Shown: positions 45,369-55,694 of the stretch, in pieces
Position numbering within the stretch: the first letter of the stretch is position 1
Layout of the letters: the number at the start of each line of letters is the position of its first letter
NCBI GenBank assembly: GCA_043719805.1
Contig: JAYSTI010000001.1
Location: 151,770 to 215,769 of the forward strand
From: Candidatus Lloydbacteria bacterium
GTDB lineage: Bacteria; Patescibacteriota; Minisyncoccia; Phycocordibacterales; UBA6899
Direction of reading: 5' to 3'
DNA length: 64,000 nt
Made by a program: the position numbers and the translations under genes
Notes under the pieces: generated by a model
What the model saw: the letters and a program-made list of their open reading frames with translations, nothing else
Databases searched by the model: none
What the model was told of the DNA's origin: nothing

Positions 45369-48300
45369 TTAATTTTTTGGTTTAATTGGACTTGATAATC
45401 CGGTCTGAGGGTTGAATGTTCGTGGAGCTGAATTTACTCCGCCGTTTACGATATTTCCATTTCTTGTTTCTGCCCACACCTGCGTTCCATTTTTTTGAGT
45501 ATTTCCGTACCATGTATTACCTGACTCTGCGACACCAAGCATATTTTTCTGATTATTTGCTGTGCCCAATAGCAACTGACGATTTGCTGGGGTATCAGCA
45601 AGGTGTCCAGGTTCATTTCTAAATATATGTCCGAGCTGACTTCGATTTGTTGGGAGGCTAATGCTAGCTCGCCCAGCCACAGAGGGATTTCCAGCAGGCT
45701 TATATCCCCCCGAAAACGTTGCAAGAAGTGGCAACGAATTTGCATTGCCATTTGCTACATCATTAACATATTGTAGATTCCCTCCTGCAAAGTTTCGCAT
45801 CGCCGATTGATCACCAGGCATAAGATCTGCGGCCCCATAGACAAAGAAATTTGCAACAGTAAATATAGCGACACCAAGCGGAACAAATGTTATTCCCGCT
45901 TTCCCACTTGGATCACTGTAGTTTATTGGGTTATTCCCCGAATAACTATACGAATTTAACAGTTGAGGTGAAGCAAGCACTGTTGTCTGGTCAATCTCCG
46001 CTGGATTCATCCCCGATGCGGCAATGATGTACGGCGGAATCTTCCCCATCATCCCAATATCCCTCGCAACAGGGTCTTGACTTTTAAACTTTCCATTGCC
46101 TCCGTCATAGTATCGCGCATTCAGATAACTCATCCCGACGTCGTCGCTTTGGTGTTCCCCGATAAATTGACGACTTGCTTTCGCAGTGCCAGTCTTCTCA
46201 TCAAGGCGCTTTTCTCCGAATGGGTAATATGCCGTCACTTCTCCTGCTCCACCGGTGGAGTTGCTCCATACACTTGTGGAATTGAGATGGTCAGCATGTG
46301 CGATGAGTGTGGAGGTGGCAGTTCCATTTCCTTCAACAGTTCCAATGAGCATGTCTCCTGCGTAGATAGAGAGTGTGGTGGTGGCGCCTTTGGTGGAGAA
46401 ATACTTACTGAAGAATGAAGTGGTTGTTGTCCCCGAACCTTTATTGATACTCTCGGTGACTCTTTGTCCCGTGTGGTCGTACAAATAGCTCGTTGATGTT
46501 CCTGATTTTGTTGTCGACAGCAAGCGGTTCAAGTAGTCCCAAGTATTGCTCATGCCATTGTATGAGGTAACATTTCCTGCATTATCATACGTCAGTGCGT
46601 TACCATTGATCGCACTTGCGGCATGGGGATTCATCCACCCTGTGCCGGCATACGTATAACTGCCGACATCCGACTTGCTCGTCATGTTCCCAAGGAGGTC
46701 ATATGCATATGTGTGACTATATGGGGTTGAGGTGGCTTCGGTAGTGGAGGCACTCACTAATCTATAGAGTCCATCATAACTGTATGTGGTGGTGGCTGCG
46801 GAGCGAGAGTCCGAGTTGTCGATCGTCTTTGTGATGTTGCCGACGAGATCGTAGGTGTAGTTAATATCTTGAAGTCCGGTGTACGCAGTACCCCCTCCTC
46901 CACCACCTCCCGCCGAATGCACCACCACCAACTTCGAGTCATCACTCGTTCCCGCACTCGACTCAGTCGAGTAAAGCACAATACGCTCAAAGCCCCCGCT
47001 CACCCATGTTGGCGCAGTGTTTGCGACATCATAAGTCGCTTCTCTGAATGAGAATTTTGAAACTCCCGTTTTGGACACTGCTGATATACCACTTGCATTC
47101 AGCGTCCAGTCATTCCAACTATCGTTTGCGAATGAGGCATACGCTACCGCAGTCGAAAATGGGGTTGTTCCCACTTCATCAAAATCTGCAGTCACTAAAT
47201 CGGAATTGCTCGCAGGATTTGAGGAGTAAATATTGTACGTGGTGCTCCAAGACTGATTATTTTTTGCAATCGTCTTTCCCGAAAGCGTGGCGCTTGAAAC
47301 AGTATTCGTATCGGGGAGATTAGCAGTGTCAAACAGGAGGAATGTACGAGACAGTCCATCCCATCCATTGGTGCCCGTATCAGCGGATATATATGCAGCG
47401 GTACCCTGCCCGCTCGGATATGCTGCATAGCCAGTTGTGCCATCGTGAATACTTGCCCACGTTCCATTTGCGGAATCAGAAACTACTTGTCCGTCAACGC
47501 TCGACGTTTCGGGATCTGCATCAGGATAGTACGTGTCGGTTGTATTACCAATCTTCCCACTAACTATAAAGTCTCCACTTTTTCCTGCGATACTAATAGC
47601 GTGTGCAAGTTCGCTTTGTAGCGCGAGCTTGAGGTCTTCTTTGTAGTTATTGACTTCATGTGATTGGTTGGCGCGTCCTTCATCAACTACGCGTCGCTTG
47701 GTTCCGTCTGGAACCAAGATGCGAGGATTAAAGAAGCGGAAGCGCTCGATTTCCACCGTGCCGTCATCACCGAAGCCGATGGGGCGATCATTTGCATCCC
47801 ATGCGCGGGCAAATACTTGGACTCCTCCCTCAATGGGGTCCATGCGTTGTACCTCGATGAAGTATGCACCCTGGCGAACCTTGGAAATGCTCCCTATATT
47901 CGCAATTGCTTGACCCTTAAGATTGGCATGCTGTGCGATGGGGGCGCCAATAAGGGAATCAGCGACGGGTCGTGTCGACGTGGCGATAATTTCAACCAAA
48001 GTACTTGTCGCGATACTGAGCGAAGGCAATGGAGAAATTATTACTGGTGTCTCAAGGACTGCTGCGGTTACTACGGGATTATCACTTGGTATCAGTAACG
48101 AGGTTTCGTTTTCAATAACTAATGGAGTGGTGGATGGTGTACTCGAAGCGTACACCGAGAGTAACACCTCTTCTATGCTGAGGAGTGGGCTTGCTGTTGT
48201 ATTTTCAGTCTCAAGTAACGCGAGTGAGCGCAATTTGTTTTTTCCAAATGTCATACCCAAAAAGAGTAGCTGTTCTGGCGTCGAGAGAGTAGATGTGGAA

Positions 48301-51300
48301 ACTGTGAGCTTGCGCGTCAGGTGATAGAGGTTTGTGGCGTCATAAGAATAGGTGGTCTTGGTATTGTTGCCATAATCCACCTCTGTTGGTTTTCCATGCG
48401 GGCCATAGGTCACCGACTCAAGAAGTGTGTTCCACGTGGTTGACCCGACAGAAAGACCGCGCACGCGATTGAGATCTCCGGCGTCATTGTAGGCGTAAGC
48501 GATCTGATGTCCGGTGGGATAGGTCAGTGTATCGACAGCACCAGTACGGAGATAACTTGTTGACGTGGTTGCCCAGGTACTGCTGACCTGCTTTGCTTCA
48601 GTTGATACAAGACCGATGGGGTTATATATATACGTGGTCGTTGCGGCATTGTTGGCATTTATCTCGCACACTCTTCCCTTCCCGTTCGTACAGGTGTCGT
48701 AACGATAGATGATATCGGTTAGTCCGGTTGAGGTTGTTGTCGCATCTTCGGAGAGTACTCGATTAAGCGCATCATAGGTGTAGGAGATCGTGTTTCCGCG
48801 TGGAGTGTAAACTTGAATCAGATTTCCGGCAAGGTCGTATTGGCGTGAAGTTGTGCCAAATGTCGTATCACCCGATGAGTGCAGGTCCTCACTTCCCGTG
48901 AGGCGAGCGAGGTTGTCGTACGTGAAGTTGCGAATATTTGCCGACGCATCGGTCAACTTCGTGAGCTTGCCGAGGAGATTCCAGTTGTATGTCGTCGTCC
49001 CCGAGACGGTGGGACTCAGATACTCAACGACCGTCGCAAGATTGCCGTATGTGTCTTTGGCGAGATCCTTTTTGTTGCCAAGTGGATCGGTCACCGTGAG
49101 CTGCCAATCGTTGTATGTGTTGGTGGTTGTGCCGAAGACATCCGCAACGGTCTTCGTTCTCCCCGCTGCATCGTATGCGAAGTTGGTGAAGAAGTACGCC
49201 GCGGTTGTCGCACTCGTGTACGCACTCGTTGTCGCAAAATACGGGAGCGACTGCGCACCCACTGCACCGATGGTGTTGTATATCGTGTCATTCGTGATCC
49301 ATCCGTTTACAGATTCTGCTTCGCGCTTCGACTGTATTGTACGACCAAGGCCATCGAGATATGTGTATGCTTCGGTGGTCGTTGCGTTCGAGAGATAATC
49401 TTTGCGGAAGACACTTGATGGGGTCGTGGTCGAATCGGTGTACGAATACGTGGTGCGCGTCACCATCGTGCTTGCACTCATGAAGTCAGGCTGCTTTTCC
49501 TCAGTGGGTCTGTCGAGTCCATCATATAGCGTTACCATCGTCTTGCTGTTCTCGTCGCTTGAGGTAGCAACCTTGCCGGACGAGTAGTCGTAGTAGAAAC
49601 TCATTGATTGAGACAGCGCATTTGTTGTTGATGCGGGATAGAGGTTGTATAGGTCGTAAGTGTAGTTGGTGGGATTCCCGAGTGGATCGCGTGACTGTGT
49701 GACAAGTCCGTATGCATTGTATGCTTTGGTGGTCGAGGCATAGGTGGAGCCAGAGATCAATCTCTCTTCTTTGGTTTGATTTCCCGCCGACACAGAACCG
49801 AACGAAAGGTTGTCATACGTCCACTTCGTGTCTTTGACGGTAGCTCCCAACTGGTCTGTCACCAATTCGCGTGACAGGAGCGACATGATGCTGTTTGTGG
49901 AACTCGCAGCGTATGTGTATGTCGTTGACGCTTTGTCGGCACCAAGATCAGTGAATGTTCCGTCGCTTGCGCCTGACACTTCTCCGTAGTTATCGCGCTC
50001 GGAAACATTTCCCAGGGTATCATCGTACGTGCTTGCAATCGCCATATCACGATGCGTCGAATCCCCATCGAATGTCTGCACGAGCGACTGGATGAGCTTC
50101 ACAAAATTGCGCCCATCGCCATAGTCGGCACGCGCCCACTTGTTGATGGTGCGAGAAAAAAGATTTGCTGCACTCGTCGTACCATTGAGCATCTCGATGC
50201 GATAGGGTTTTCCCGTCTTGGAGATGTGGTCGTTGTACTCGCCATTGGATGAGTCGCTTGTGTTCCCCTGATGGAAGTATGTACGGATTGTGTGACCCTG
50301 CGCATTTGTTTTTGTGGTGCTTCCAAATCCTGCAAACTGACGATCAGTGCTACTCCCGAAGTAGTACGAACCGCCACGAAAATCGTAGGTCGTCGTGGCT
50401 ATCGCGCCACCAAAGCGGGGGTCAGTGGCAATGGTTTTCACTGTATCGAATGCTATCGCAAGCGAAGGATTCGGTAAATTACCCATTGAATCAATTTGCC
50501 CACTGCGCCCATAGGCGATCGTCTGCGTTCCGCCTATTTCATTCTTGATACTGGTGAGCACGTCGGACTTCACACCATTTTTTAGCTTCACGCTCCTAAT
50601 CAGATTCGTGCAGTTACAATCGTAATATCCATTGCGCGACTGTACTATATCAATTAAACCATCACTGTTTACATCATCTATCACAAAGCCCCTATCGTAG
50701 ACCACTCCACTTTGGATAAATACGAACCCCCCACCAAGACCTGCTCCCGATGCCACCCAGCCTAAACCTGTATTGAGATAGTTCACACCTGCGTTGTCGG
50801 TAATGTCGGGTAAACCGTCACTGTTTGAATCAGCAAATCTTGCTCCCGTATCACCCGTGCTATCGACAAATGCCACAGGGGGAAGCCAGGGGGTACTCGA
50901 AGTGCCCCATCCATGGCCAGTGTTCAGATATGTAGCCTGAGATACGCCGCTTTTCGACGCCACGACATCAACGAGCCCGTCTCCATTCACATCTATAAAA
51001 CGTACGCCGTTGTCATGATTTGAAACGACGGGCGTCACCGGGGAGTTCCACGCTGAATCATAGACCCACTGACTGCCATTATTGATAAACGTTCCTGCCC
51101 CGGTAATGTCGGCCAAACCGTCACCATTCACATCGGCCATGGTGTACCCAAAGTCGTTATAGGTGATGTTGTACACAGAAGTAACAAAACTCACGGGGAG
51201 AGTACGACCCGAAAGAGTCCACCCATTTGGGCCACCGTAGTACACCCTATTTTGTGCGGTGCTTCCACAATTAACGCCCCAGTAGCACATTATTGACTGT

Positions 51301-54300
51301 ACTATATCCACAATCCCATCGCCGTTAACATCAGCGAGACGCACGCCATTATCACCACCCCCGCCAGGACTCACCGGGAAATAGTTAGTCGTTGCGGTCG
51401 CCCACGTGCTGCCCGTATTGAGCCATGCATTCGTCGTACTATAAAGAATATCAGGTAATGAATCTCCGTTTGCATCGACAACGCGCACTCCGCCGTCGCC
51501 ACTACTTGAATCAACAAAGCTATAGAGCGGTGAAGGAAGTGACCAGTGTGCACCGTCGGATTCTGTCCATGTATTTGTGCTCGTGGAATACCCGTATTGT
51601 ATTATTGGAAGTGTCGTCGTTCCCACACCCGCACCCCAACCTGACTCCCCAACTGAGCTTAACAAAGAACGCTTAGTGTTATTCCCTTCGACATAACTCA
51701 ATTGGTAGCGATGGGTGAGTTGTCCGTTTGTGCGCACGAGAATTTCCTTGATCCTTTGACTTGTCACCACCGGAAAACCAGAGAGCGAACTTGTCGCAAT
51801 ATCGGGACGATTTTCACGTGCAAACTCCACTTCATAGATACCGGCACTACCGCCGTTTGATGTGTAATTCACCTTGTACGGATACACTTGCCCCGTAGCG
51901 GAATCTTTATAATAGGAATATGTTGCGGCATTGCCATTTGGGTCAGTGATGCTTTCGAGCATCCAGCGAAAAGTGGAGGTCGCCGCGTTGCCATTGTCTA
52001 AACGAGAACTACTAGCACTTCCGAACACGTATCTCCATCCCTTCTTATCTTTAGCCGTCCATCCACCATCCCCGGAAATAAGGTGATAACTTATAAAGTC
52101 GCCATTCTCCACTTTTGCATCATAGTCAGTACTATAGTCCATGACAAAATAGTCGCCAGACGCACTCCAGTCACCCGCTGTTCCTACCTGATTCCAGAAC
52201 TTCATACGCCAATAGTACTTTGTGCCATCAATAACAAACGTGGTAGTCGAGAAAATTTGTGGCGTACGTACACCAGAAGGGGTAGAACTTGAGAGCGTGA
52301 CCTTCCCACTATCCCAATACAAGCTCGACCAACTCGTTGAAGATGAGGTCACTTGAATTTCATAACTTGACGCAAGGGCCGTCGAGGAGGCACTTTGGTA
52401 GACGGCGGAAAACTGCGGGCTCGATGTCGCGACACCGCTTGGATTCGTTTGTGACCCGACCCAAAGTGCAATCGGCGCAGAAGTGTCGGTGAGCACCGTT
52501 TCAATCGTCAGATATGGATCGGTTGATGTCCCCGTCGCCTCGGACATCGCGATATTAAAGCTTAAATCAGTGTTTGCGCCAGGACTTGGTGGGACGCTAT
52601 CAATCGTGTCTGCATGAACGAGCGCACCGAACGTCGTGACCCCGGCCTTATTGATTGAGGTGGTCGAAAGGTTGATATTGTTATACGCTCCGTTCGTTGT
52701 CGCATCATAATCAAGAAAACCGTGAACGGTTGTGCCGAAATTTGCAATCGCATAGTCCCCCGATGAAAGATAGGTACTCGCCGAGGTGGTGGCCGACACG
52801 ATATCGAGATCTTCATCGCGATCTGGTGCACCGACTTGATTAATGTGATTGTTCACATACAGAGAAAGCGTCGCAGTTGCGATTGTATCAGTAGGTGGGA
52901 TGCTTGATGTATCAAATTTGAGAATACATCGGCCGATGGAGCGCCACAGAGTTTCGGCCAATGCGCGACATTCTACTAGTGCCGCGTTATTATCCACATT
53001 TCCCGTCGTTCGACCCCTCAATGATGACCATGCCTCAGTGGGAGTAACGTACGTACTAATGTAGCCATCGACCAAAGGAGTGCTGAAACTAAATATTGCG
53101 TCACTTCGGACGGGATACGTCGCCTTCTCAAGCCATGCGCGAGGAATTCTTTTGGTGAAGGTAATACTGCCATCTGCGTTCTGTGTATAAGAAATATTAA
53201 CTGATGATACATTCGATAATACTGTCGAAGCATCTGCGGAATACGCCATGGGGGGAAGGATGTATGTCGGTGTACCAAAAGTGTCAGTGATGGTAACGAC
53301 ACCCGATGAAACGAGAGGCTGATCTTTGGCCAGCGTTTGGGAATCTGATTTGAGTGTGAGGGTGGAGGCACCCGAAAGTGTGAAGGGTATTTCCAGATAA
53401 TCGCCCTTCAGATTTGCGAGCGCATCGATATTCCTAATTACAACGTTTTCAACAATTGAATTGTCCTTGGTGATGACCTCAAGATCAATGCCGGCCCCGA
53501 GAAGGTCGGGGTACAACATTGTGTATTCATCAGTCCTTTCAGCGCGGAGTGGGGTCGTCGTTGAAACTCCCGGCACGTCGATGTTGATGGTGCTCGCGGC
53601 ATGAGTGAAGGACAGCAGATGTGATTTTCCTGTTGTATCTAATGTGGCTTCGTATGGGGCTTTGGTGACATGGAACTCACCATCACCCTTCACGAGTCGC
53701 GAGTCTATTTCTTCGTATGATTGTGTTTGTGCGTCAAAGTATTGTACGGGAGCAGGATAGAGGCGATACAGTGTACTGATCTTGCGCTCTCTGTCCACGT
53801 TAATAAATTTTCGCATTGTCGGGGTGCGCTCGGAGGTCAACTCAACGGGGACATCAATTTGCGCAGCAAATGCGCCATTTGGGCTGCGCACGCTATCGAG
53901 AGTTGTTCCTTTCCCTTTCGCTATTGACGTGACAACGGGAGTGGATGGAACTACGGTATCAAGAAGTGGGGTCGCACTTACTTGGGATACCACGGCGTCC
54001 CCAATCACTGGAGTGTCCATAACGGGAACGGTATCTGCCGCGAGGTCACTAGGAACAATTGTGGTGTCTTCGAGCGCAAGGCGAGAAGGAAATTTGAAGG
54101 ATGGCAGCGTAGATGCAAAAAGAGAATACCCGAGGAATGATCCCCCTACTGGGGTCGTGGTGCTAACGGGGAGTAGCTCGCCTGAGAGTGAAGAATAGAA
54201 AAAACTGTGCTGAATATCCTGATTGAATAGGTTATCAACACCAGCCTTATTGAGACGCTCGATGTATGGAATGTTCATCGACCATCCGTAACCGAATAGA

Positions 54301-54590
54301 GAATCGAGGCGGGTGTTTGCGGAAGAATAGGAGAGCTTGAGATCGGGCTGAACGCCACCTCTTCCGAGGGGAATGGCAATGGGGAGTGATTGCTCAAATG
54401 CTCCACTTTGCATGTCGGGCTGCAAATAGGGACGCGGTGCGAAATTATCTTTCGTGTTCCGATAAAAGTCGTCCTCAGCGAAAACAAGTCCACTCGGGAC
54501 GAGCATGCTTACAATAACAAGAAGTGCGAGATTTGCACTCAATCGTTTTTTGTTTCTGATAACAGCAAACGCCCCCAAGTGCTTCTCCAT
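45369..54590 (-). CDS. giant (~3070 aa) SpvB/FG-GAP/RHS-repeat polymorphic toxin (Tc TcB-TcC fusion-like) with RHS core autoproteolysis motif and 177-aa C-terminal toxin domain
   Basis: Signal peptide from MEKHLGAFAVIRNKKRLSANLALLVIVSMLVPSGLVFA. ORF-track N-terminal extension 54591-55043 rejected. SpvB motif LPIAIPLGRGGVQPDLKLSYSS..FGYGWSM. FG-GAP/VCBS repeats (DVNGDGLADI, DSNSDGLPDI...). Dozens of YD repeats. Core ARYYDGGNGKFKSQDPV...NYSDPSGKAG. Unassigned CT. Confidence 0.9.
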   Translation of the reverse strand: MEKHLGAFAVIRNKKRLSANLALLVIVSMLVPSGLVFAEDDFYRNTKDNFAPRPYLQPDMQSGAFEQSLPIAIPLGRGGVQPDLKLSYSSANTRLDSLFGYGWSMNIPYIERLNKAGVDNLFNQDIQHSFFYSSLSGELLPVSTTTPVGGSFLGYSLFASTLPSFKFPSRLALEDTTIVPSDLAADTVPVMDTPVIGDAVVSQVSATPLLDTVVPSTPVVTSIAKGKGTTLDSVRSPNGAFAAQIDVPVELTSERTPTMRKFINVDRERKISTLYRLYPAPVQYFDAQTQSYEEIDSRLVKGDGEFHVTKAPYEATLDTTGKSHLLSFTHAASTINIDVPGVSTTTPLRAERTDEYTMLYPDLLGAGIDLEVITKDNSIVENVVIRNIDALANLKGDYLEIPFTLSGASTLTLKSDSQTLAKDQPLVSSGVVTITDTFGTPTYILPPMAYSADASTVLSNVSSVNISYTQNADGSITFTKRIPRAWLEKATYPVRSDAIFSFSTPLVDGYISTYVTPTEAWSSLRGRTTGNVDNNAALVECRALAETLWRSIGRCILKFDTSSIPPTDTIATATLSLYVNNHINQVGAPDRDEDLDIVSATTSASTYLSSGDYAIANFGTTVHGFLDYDATTNGAYNNINLSTTSINKAGVTTFGALVHADTIDSVPPSPGANTDLSFNIAMSEATGTSTDPYLTIETVLTDTSAPIALWVGSQTNPSGVATSSPQFSAVYQSASSTALASSYEIQVTSSSTSWSSLYWDSGKVTLSSSTPSGVRTPQIFSTTTFVIDGTKYYWRMKFWNQVGTAGDWSASGDYFVMDYSTDYDAKVENGDFISYHLISGDGGWTAKDKKGWRYVFGSASSSRLDNGNAATSTFRWMLESITDPNGNAATYSYYKDSATGQVYPYKVNYTSNGGSAGIYEVEFARENRPDIATSSLSGFPVVTSQRIKEILVRTNGQLTHRYQLSYVEGNNTKRSLLSSVGESGWGAGVGTTTLPIIQYGYSTSTNTWTESDGAHWSLPSPLYSFVDSSSGDGGVRVVDANGDSLPDILYSTTNAWLNTGSTWATATTNYFPVSPGGGGDNGVRLADVNGDGIVDIVQSIMCYWGVNCGSTAQNRVYYGGPNGWTLSGRTLPVSFVTSVYNITYNDFGYTMADVNGDGLADITGAGTFINNGSQWVYDSAWNSPVTPVVSNHDNGVRFIDVNGDGLVDVVASKSGVSQATYLNTGHGWGTSSTPWLPPVAFVDSTGDTGARFADSNSDGLPDITDNAGVNYLNTGLGWVASGAGLGGGFVFIQSGVVYDRGFVIDDVNSDGLIDIVQSRNGYYDCNCTNLIRSVKLKNGVKSDVLTSIKNEIGGTQTIAYGRSGQIDSMGNLPNPSLAIAFDTVKTIATDPRFGGAIATTTYDFRGGSYYFGSSTDRQFAGFGSTTKTNAQGHTIRTYFHQGNTSDSSNGEYNDHISKTGKPYRIEMLNGTTSAANLFSRTINKWARADYGDGRNFVKLIQSLVQTFDGDSTHRDMAIASTYDDTLGNVSERDNYGEVSGASDGTFTDLGADKASTTYTYAASSTNSIMSLLSRELVTDQLGATVKDTKWTYDNLSFGSVSAGNQTKEERLISGSTYASTTKAYNAYGLVTQSRDPLGNPTNYTYDLYNLYPASTTNALSQSMSFYYDYSSGKVATSSDENSKTMVTLYDGLDRPTEEKQPDFMSASTMVTRTTYSYTDSTTTPSSVFRKDYLSNATTTEAYTYLDGLGRTIQSKREAESVNGWITNDTIYNTIGAVGAQSLPYFATTSAYTSATTAAYFFTNFAYDAAGRTKTVADVFGTTTNTYNDWQLTVTDPLGNKKDLAKDTYGNLATVVEYLSPTVSGTTTYNWNLLGKLTKLTDASANIRNFTYDNLARLTGSEDLHSSGDTTFGTTSRQYDLAGNLIQVYTPRGNTISYTYDALNRVLSEDATTTSTGLTDIIYRYDTCTNGKGRVCEINANNAATTTYIYNPIGLVSTEAKQVSSTWATTSTSYLRTGAVDTLTYPTGHQIAYAYNDAGDLNRVRGLSVGSTTWNTLLESVTYGPHGKPTEVDYGNNTKTTYSYDATNLYHLTRKLTVSTSTLSTPEQLLFLGMTFGKNKLRSLALLETENTTASPLLSIEEVLLSVYASSTPSTTPLVIENETSLLIPSDNPVVTAAVLETPVIISPLPSLSIATSTLVEIIATSTRPVADSLIGAPIAQHANLKGQAIANIGSISKVRQGAYFIEVQRMDPIEGGVQVFARAWDANDRPIGFGDDGTVEIERFRFFNPRILVPDGTKRRVVDEGRANQSHEVNNYKEDLKLALQSELAHAISIAGKSGDFIVSGKIGNTTDTYYPDADPETSSVDGQVVSDSANGTWASIHDGTTGYAAYPSGQGTAAYISADTGTNGWDGLSRTFLLFDTANLPDTNTVSSATLSGKTIAKNNQSWSTTYNIYSSNPASNSDLVTADFDEVGTTPFSTAVAYASFANDSWNDWTLNASGISAVSKTGVSKFSFREATYDVANTAPTWVSGGFERIVLYSTESSAGTSDDSKLVVVHSAGGGGGGGTAYTGLQDINYTYDLVGNITKTIDNSDSRSAATTTYSYDGLYRLVSASTTEATSTPYSHTYAYDLLGNMTSKSDVGSYTYAGTGWMNPHAASAINGNALTYDNAGNVTSYNGMSNTWDYLNRLLSTTKSGTSTSYLYDHTGQRVTESINKGSGTTTTSFFSKYFSTKGATTTLSIYAGDMLIGTVEGNGTATSTLIAHADHLNSTSVWSNSTGGAGEVTAYYPFGEKRLDEKTGTAKASRQFIGEHQSDDVGMSYLNARYYDGGNGKFKSQDPVARDIGMMGKIPPYIIAASGMNPAEIDQTTVLASPQLLNSYSYSGNNPINYSDPSGKAGITFVPLGVAIFTVANFFVYGAADLMPGDQSAMRNFAGGNLQYVNDVANGNANSLPLLATFSGGYKPAGNPSVAGRASISLPTNRSQLGHIFRNEPGHLADTPANRQLLLGTANNQKNMLGVAESGNTWYGNTQKNGTQVWAETRNGNIVNGGVNSAPRTFNPQTGLSSPIKPKN

Positions 54591-54661
54591 ACACGTAAGA
54601 TTATGAATATGTAACCAATGATACGCCTTTATAAAATATAATCCTTGTAACATCCTACGAA

Positions 54662-55438
54662 ATGTGGGGAGAATGGGGGGACAACGAGGTGGTGGGCCGG
54701 ATGTGCTCGCCCAATGTGGATTGCACCCATATAATGAAATACATGCCCCCAAGCGACGAAAATCAAAACTCACCCTCTGTGGTACCCCAAGAGCCCGAAA
54801 CACCCCAAGGGAATGCCCCTGCTCTTCAGGCAATGTCTGATACGACCTCGAATGACGAGATGACCCCTTCGGTGGACACAACACAGGCCTCTGTGGTGAG
54901 CGAGATACCTGACAGCTCAGTAGTGACAGAGGCTGAACAAGTAACCGTACCTGTGCCAGACTCCGTGGAAACGACACAAACTGAGCCATCTTCTGACGCT
55001 GCAATTCCTGAGGTGGTGACGATCCCAATTGTGGAAACACCATCGCCCAACTCAGGCGACGTTATGGAAAGTGAGCATCTACCAGAGACCGTAAACGGCT
55101 CAAATGGTGTATCTGAGCCAATACCCTCTCCATCGGCTTCGGGAGCAGTGGAAAGCGAGATTACCCAGTCGGCAGTTGCAACGACGGTGGCGAGCACAAG
55201 CATCGTTCTGCTACTACTCCAGAAAGGACGTGCAATCATTCAGCTGCGGAAGTACAAGAAACTCGAGCGAATCATGGGGCTCTTTGCGAAGAAGCCCCAC
55301 ATCAGAAATGACGACGTCGAGAAGCTGCTGCGCGTCTCAGATGCTACCGCGACGCGCTATCTCTCACTACTTGAGCGATCGGGAAAAATCACTCAGTCGG
55401 GCAAAGCGGGGCGGGGTGTGGTGTATGTGAAAACCTAA
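54662..55438 (+). CDS. winged-helix DNA-binding protein with ~170-aa acidic Ser/Thr/Pro/Val-rich N-terminal region, divergent from the Rhs gene
   Basis: C-terminal HIRNDDVEKLLRVSDATATRYLSLLERSGKITQSGKAGRGVVYVK is a wHTH fold pattern. Alternative start at 54734 (MKYMPP). Overlaps only the rejected Rhs N-terminal extension. Confidence 0.5.
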   Translation: MWGEWGDNEVVGRMCSPNVDCTHIMKYMPPSDENQNSPSVVPQEPETPQGNAPALQAMSDTTSNDEMTPSVDTTQASVVSEIPDSSVVTEAEQVTVPVPDSVETTQTEPSSDAAIPEVVTIPIVETPSPNSGDVMESEHLPETVNGSNGVSEPIPSPSASGAVESEITQSAVATTVASTSIVLLLLQKGRAIIQLRKYKKLERIMGLFAKKPHIRNDDVEKLLRVSDATATRYLSLLERSGKITQSGKAGRGVVYVKT

Positions 55439-55538
55439 ACGGCTCAGATGGTGTACATGAACCGTTTAGGCCTTGGAAATCAAAATTGATCTGACAGAAG
55501 CGATCACACCAGGGCGGGTTTCAGTTTGGAGTGAAGAA

Positions 55539-55615
55539 CGAGGCGTCAACGCGGAAGTCTTCCAGAGGCGTACTCGGAGTACGATGAGCGGAGACTCCGC
55601 AAGTCGACAACGAAG
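55539..55615. repeat. Family-3 intergenic element, copy B (GGCGTACTCGGAGTACG dyad plus GCGGA-gac-UCCGC hairpin)
   Basis: Aligned with 41063-41128. Lies between convergent genes. Confidence 0.5.
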
Positions 55616-55646
55616 TTATTCGCCCAAAATGGAAGTCACCCCGCAA

Positions 55647-55680
55647 CAAAAAAACAGCCCCGGGAGGAGCTGTTTTTTTG
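55647..55680. terminator. bidirectional intrinsic terminator (A7-CAGCCCCGGGAGGAGCTG-T7)
   Basis: Between the convergent wHTH (+) and ligase-like (-) genes. Confidence 0.5.
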
Positions 55681-55694
55681 TTTGATCTGCTATT

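Noticed and set aside
54591-55043. 150-codon stop-free N-terminal extension of the giant Rhs ORF (MVFPQLGSSPPQELQRQK...)
   Set aside because: R/S/P-rich composition typical of the antisense of an acidic S/T/V-rich coding strand. A clean signal peptide starts at MEKHLG (54590). The plus-strand wHTH gene occupies this region.
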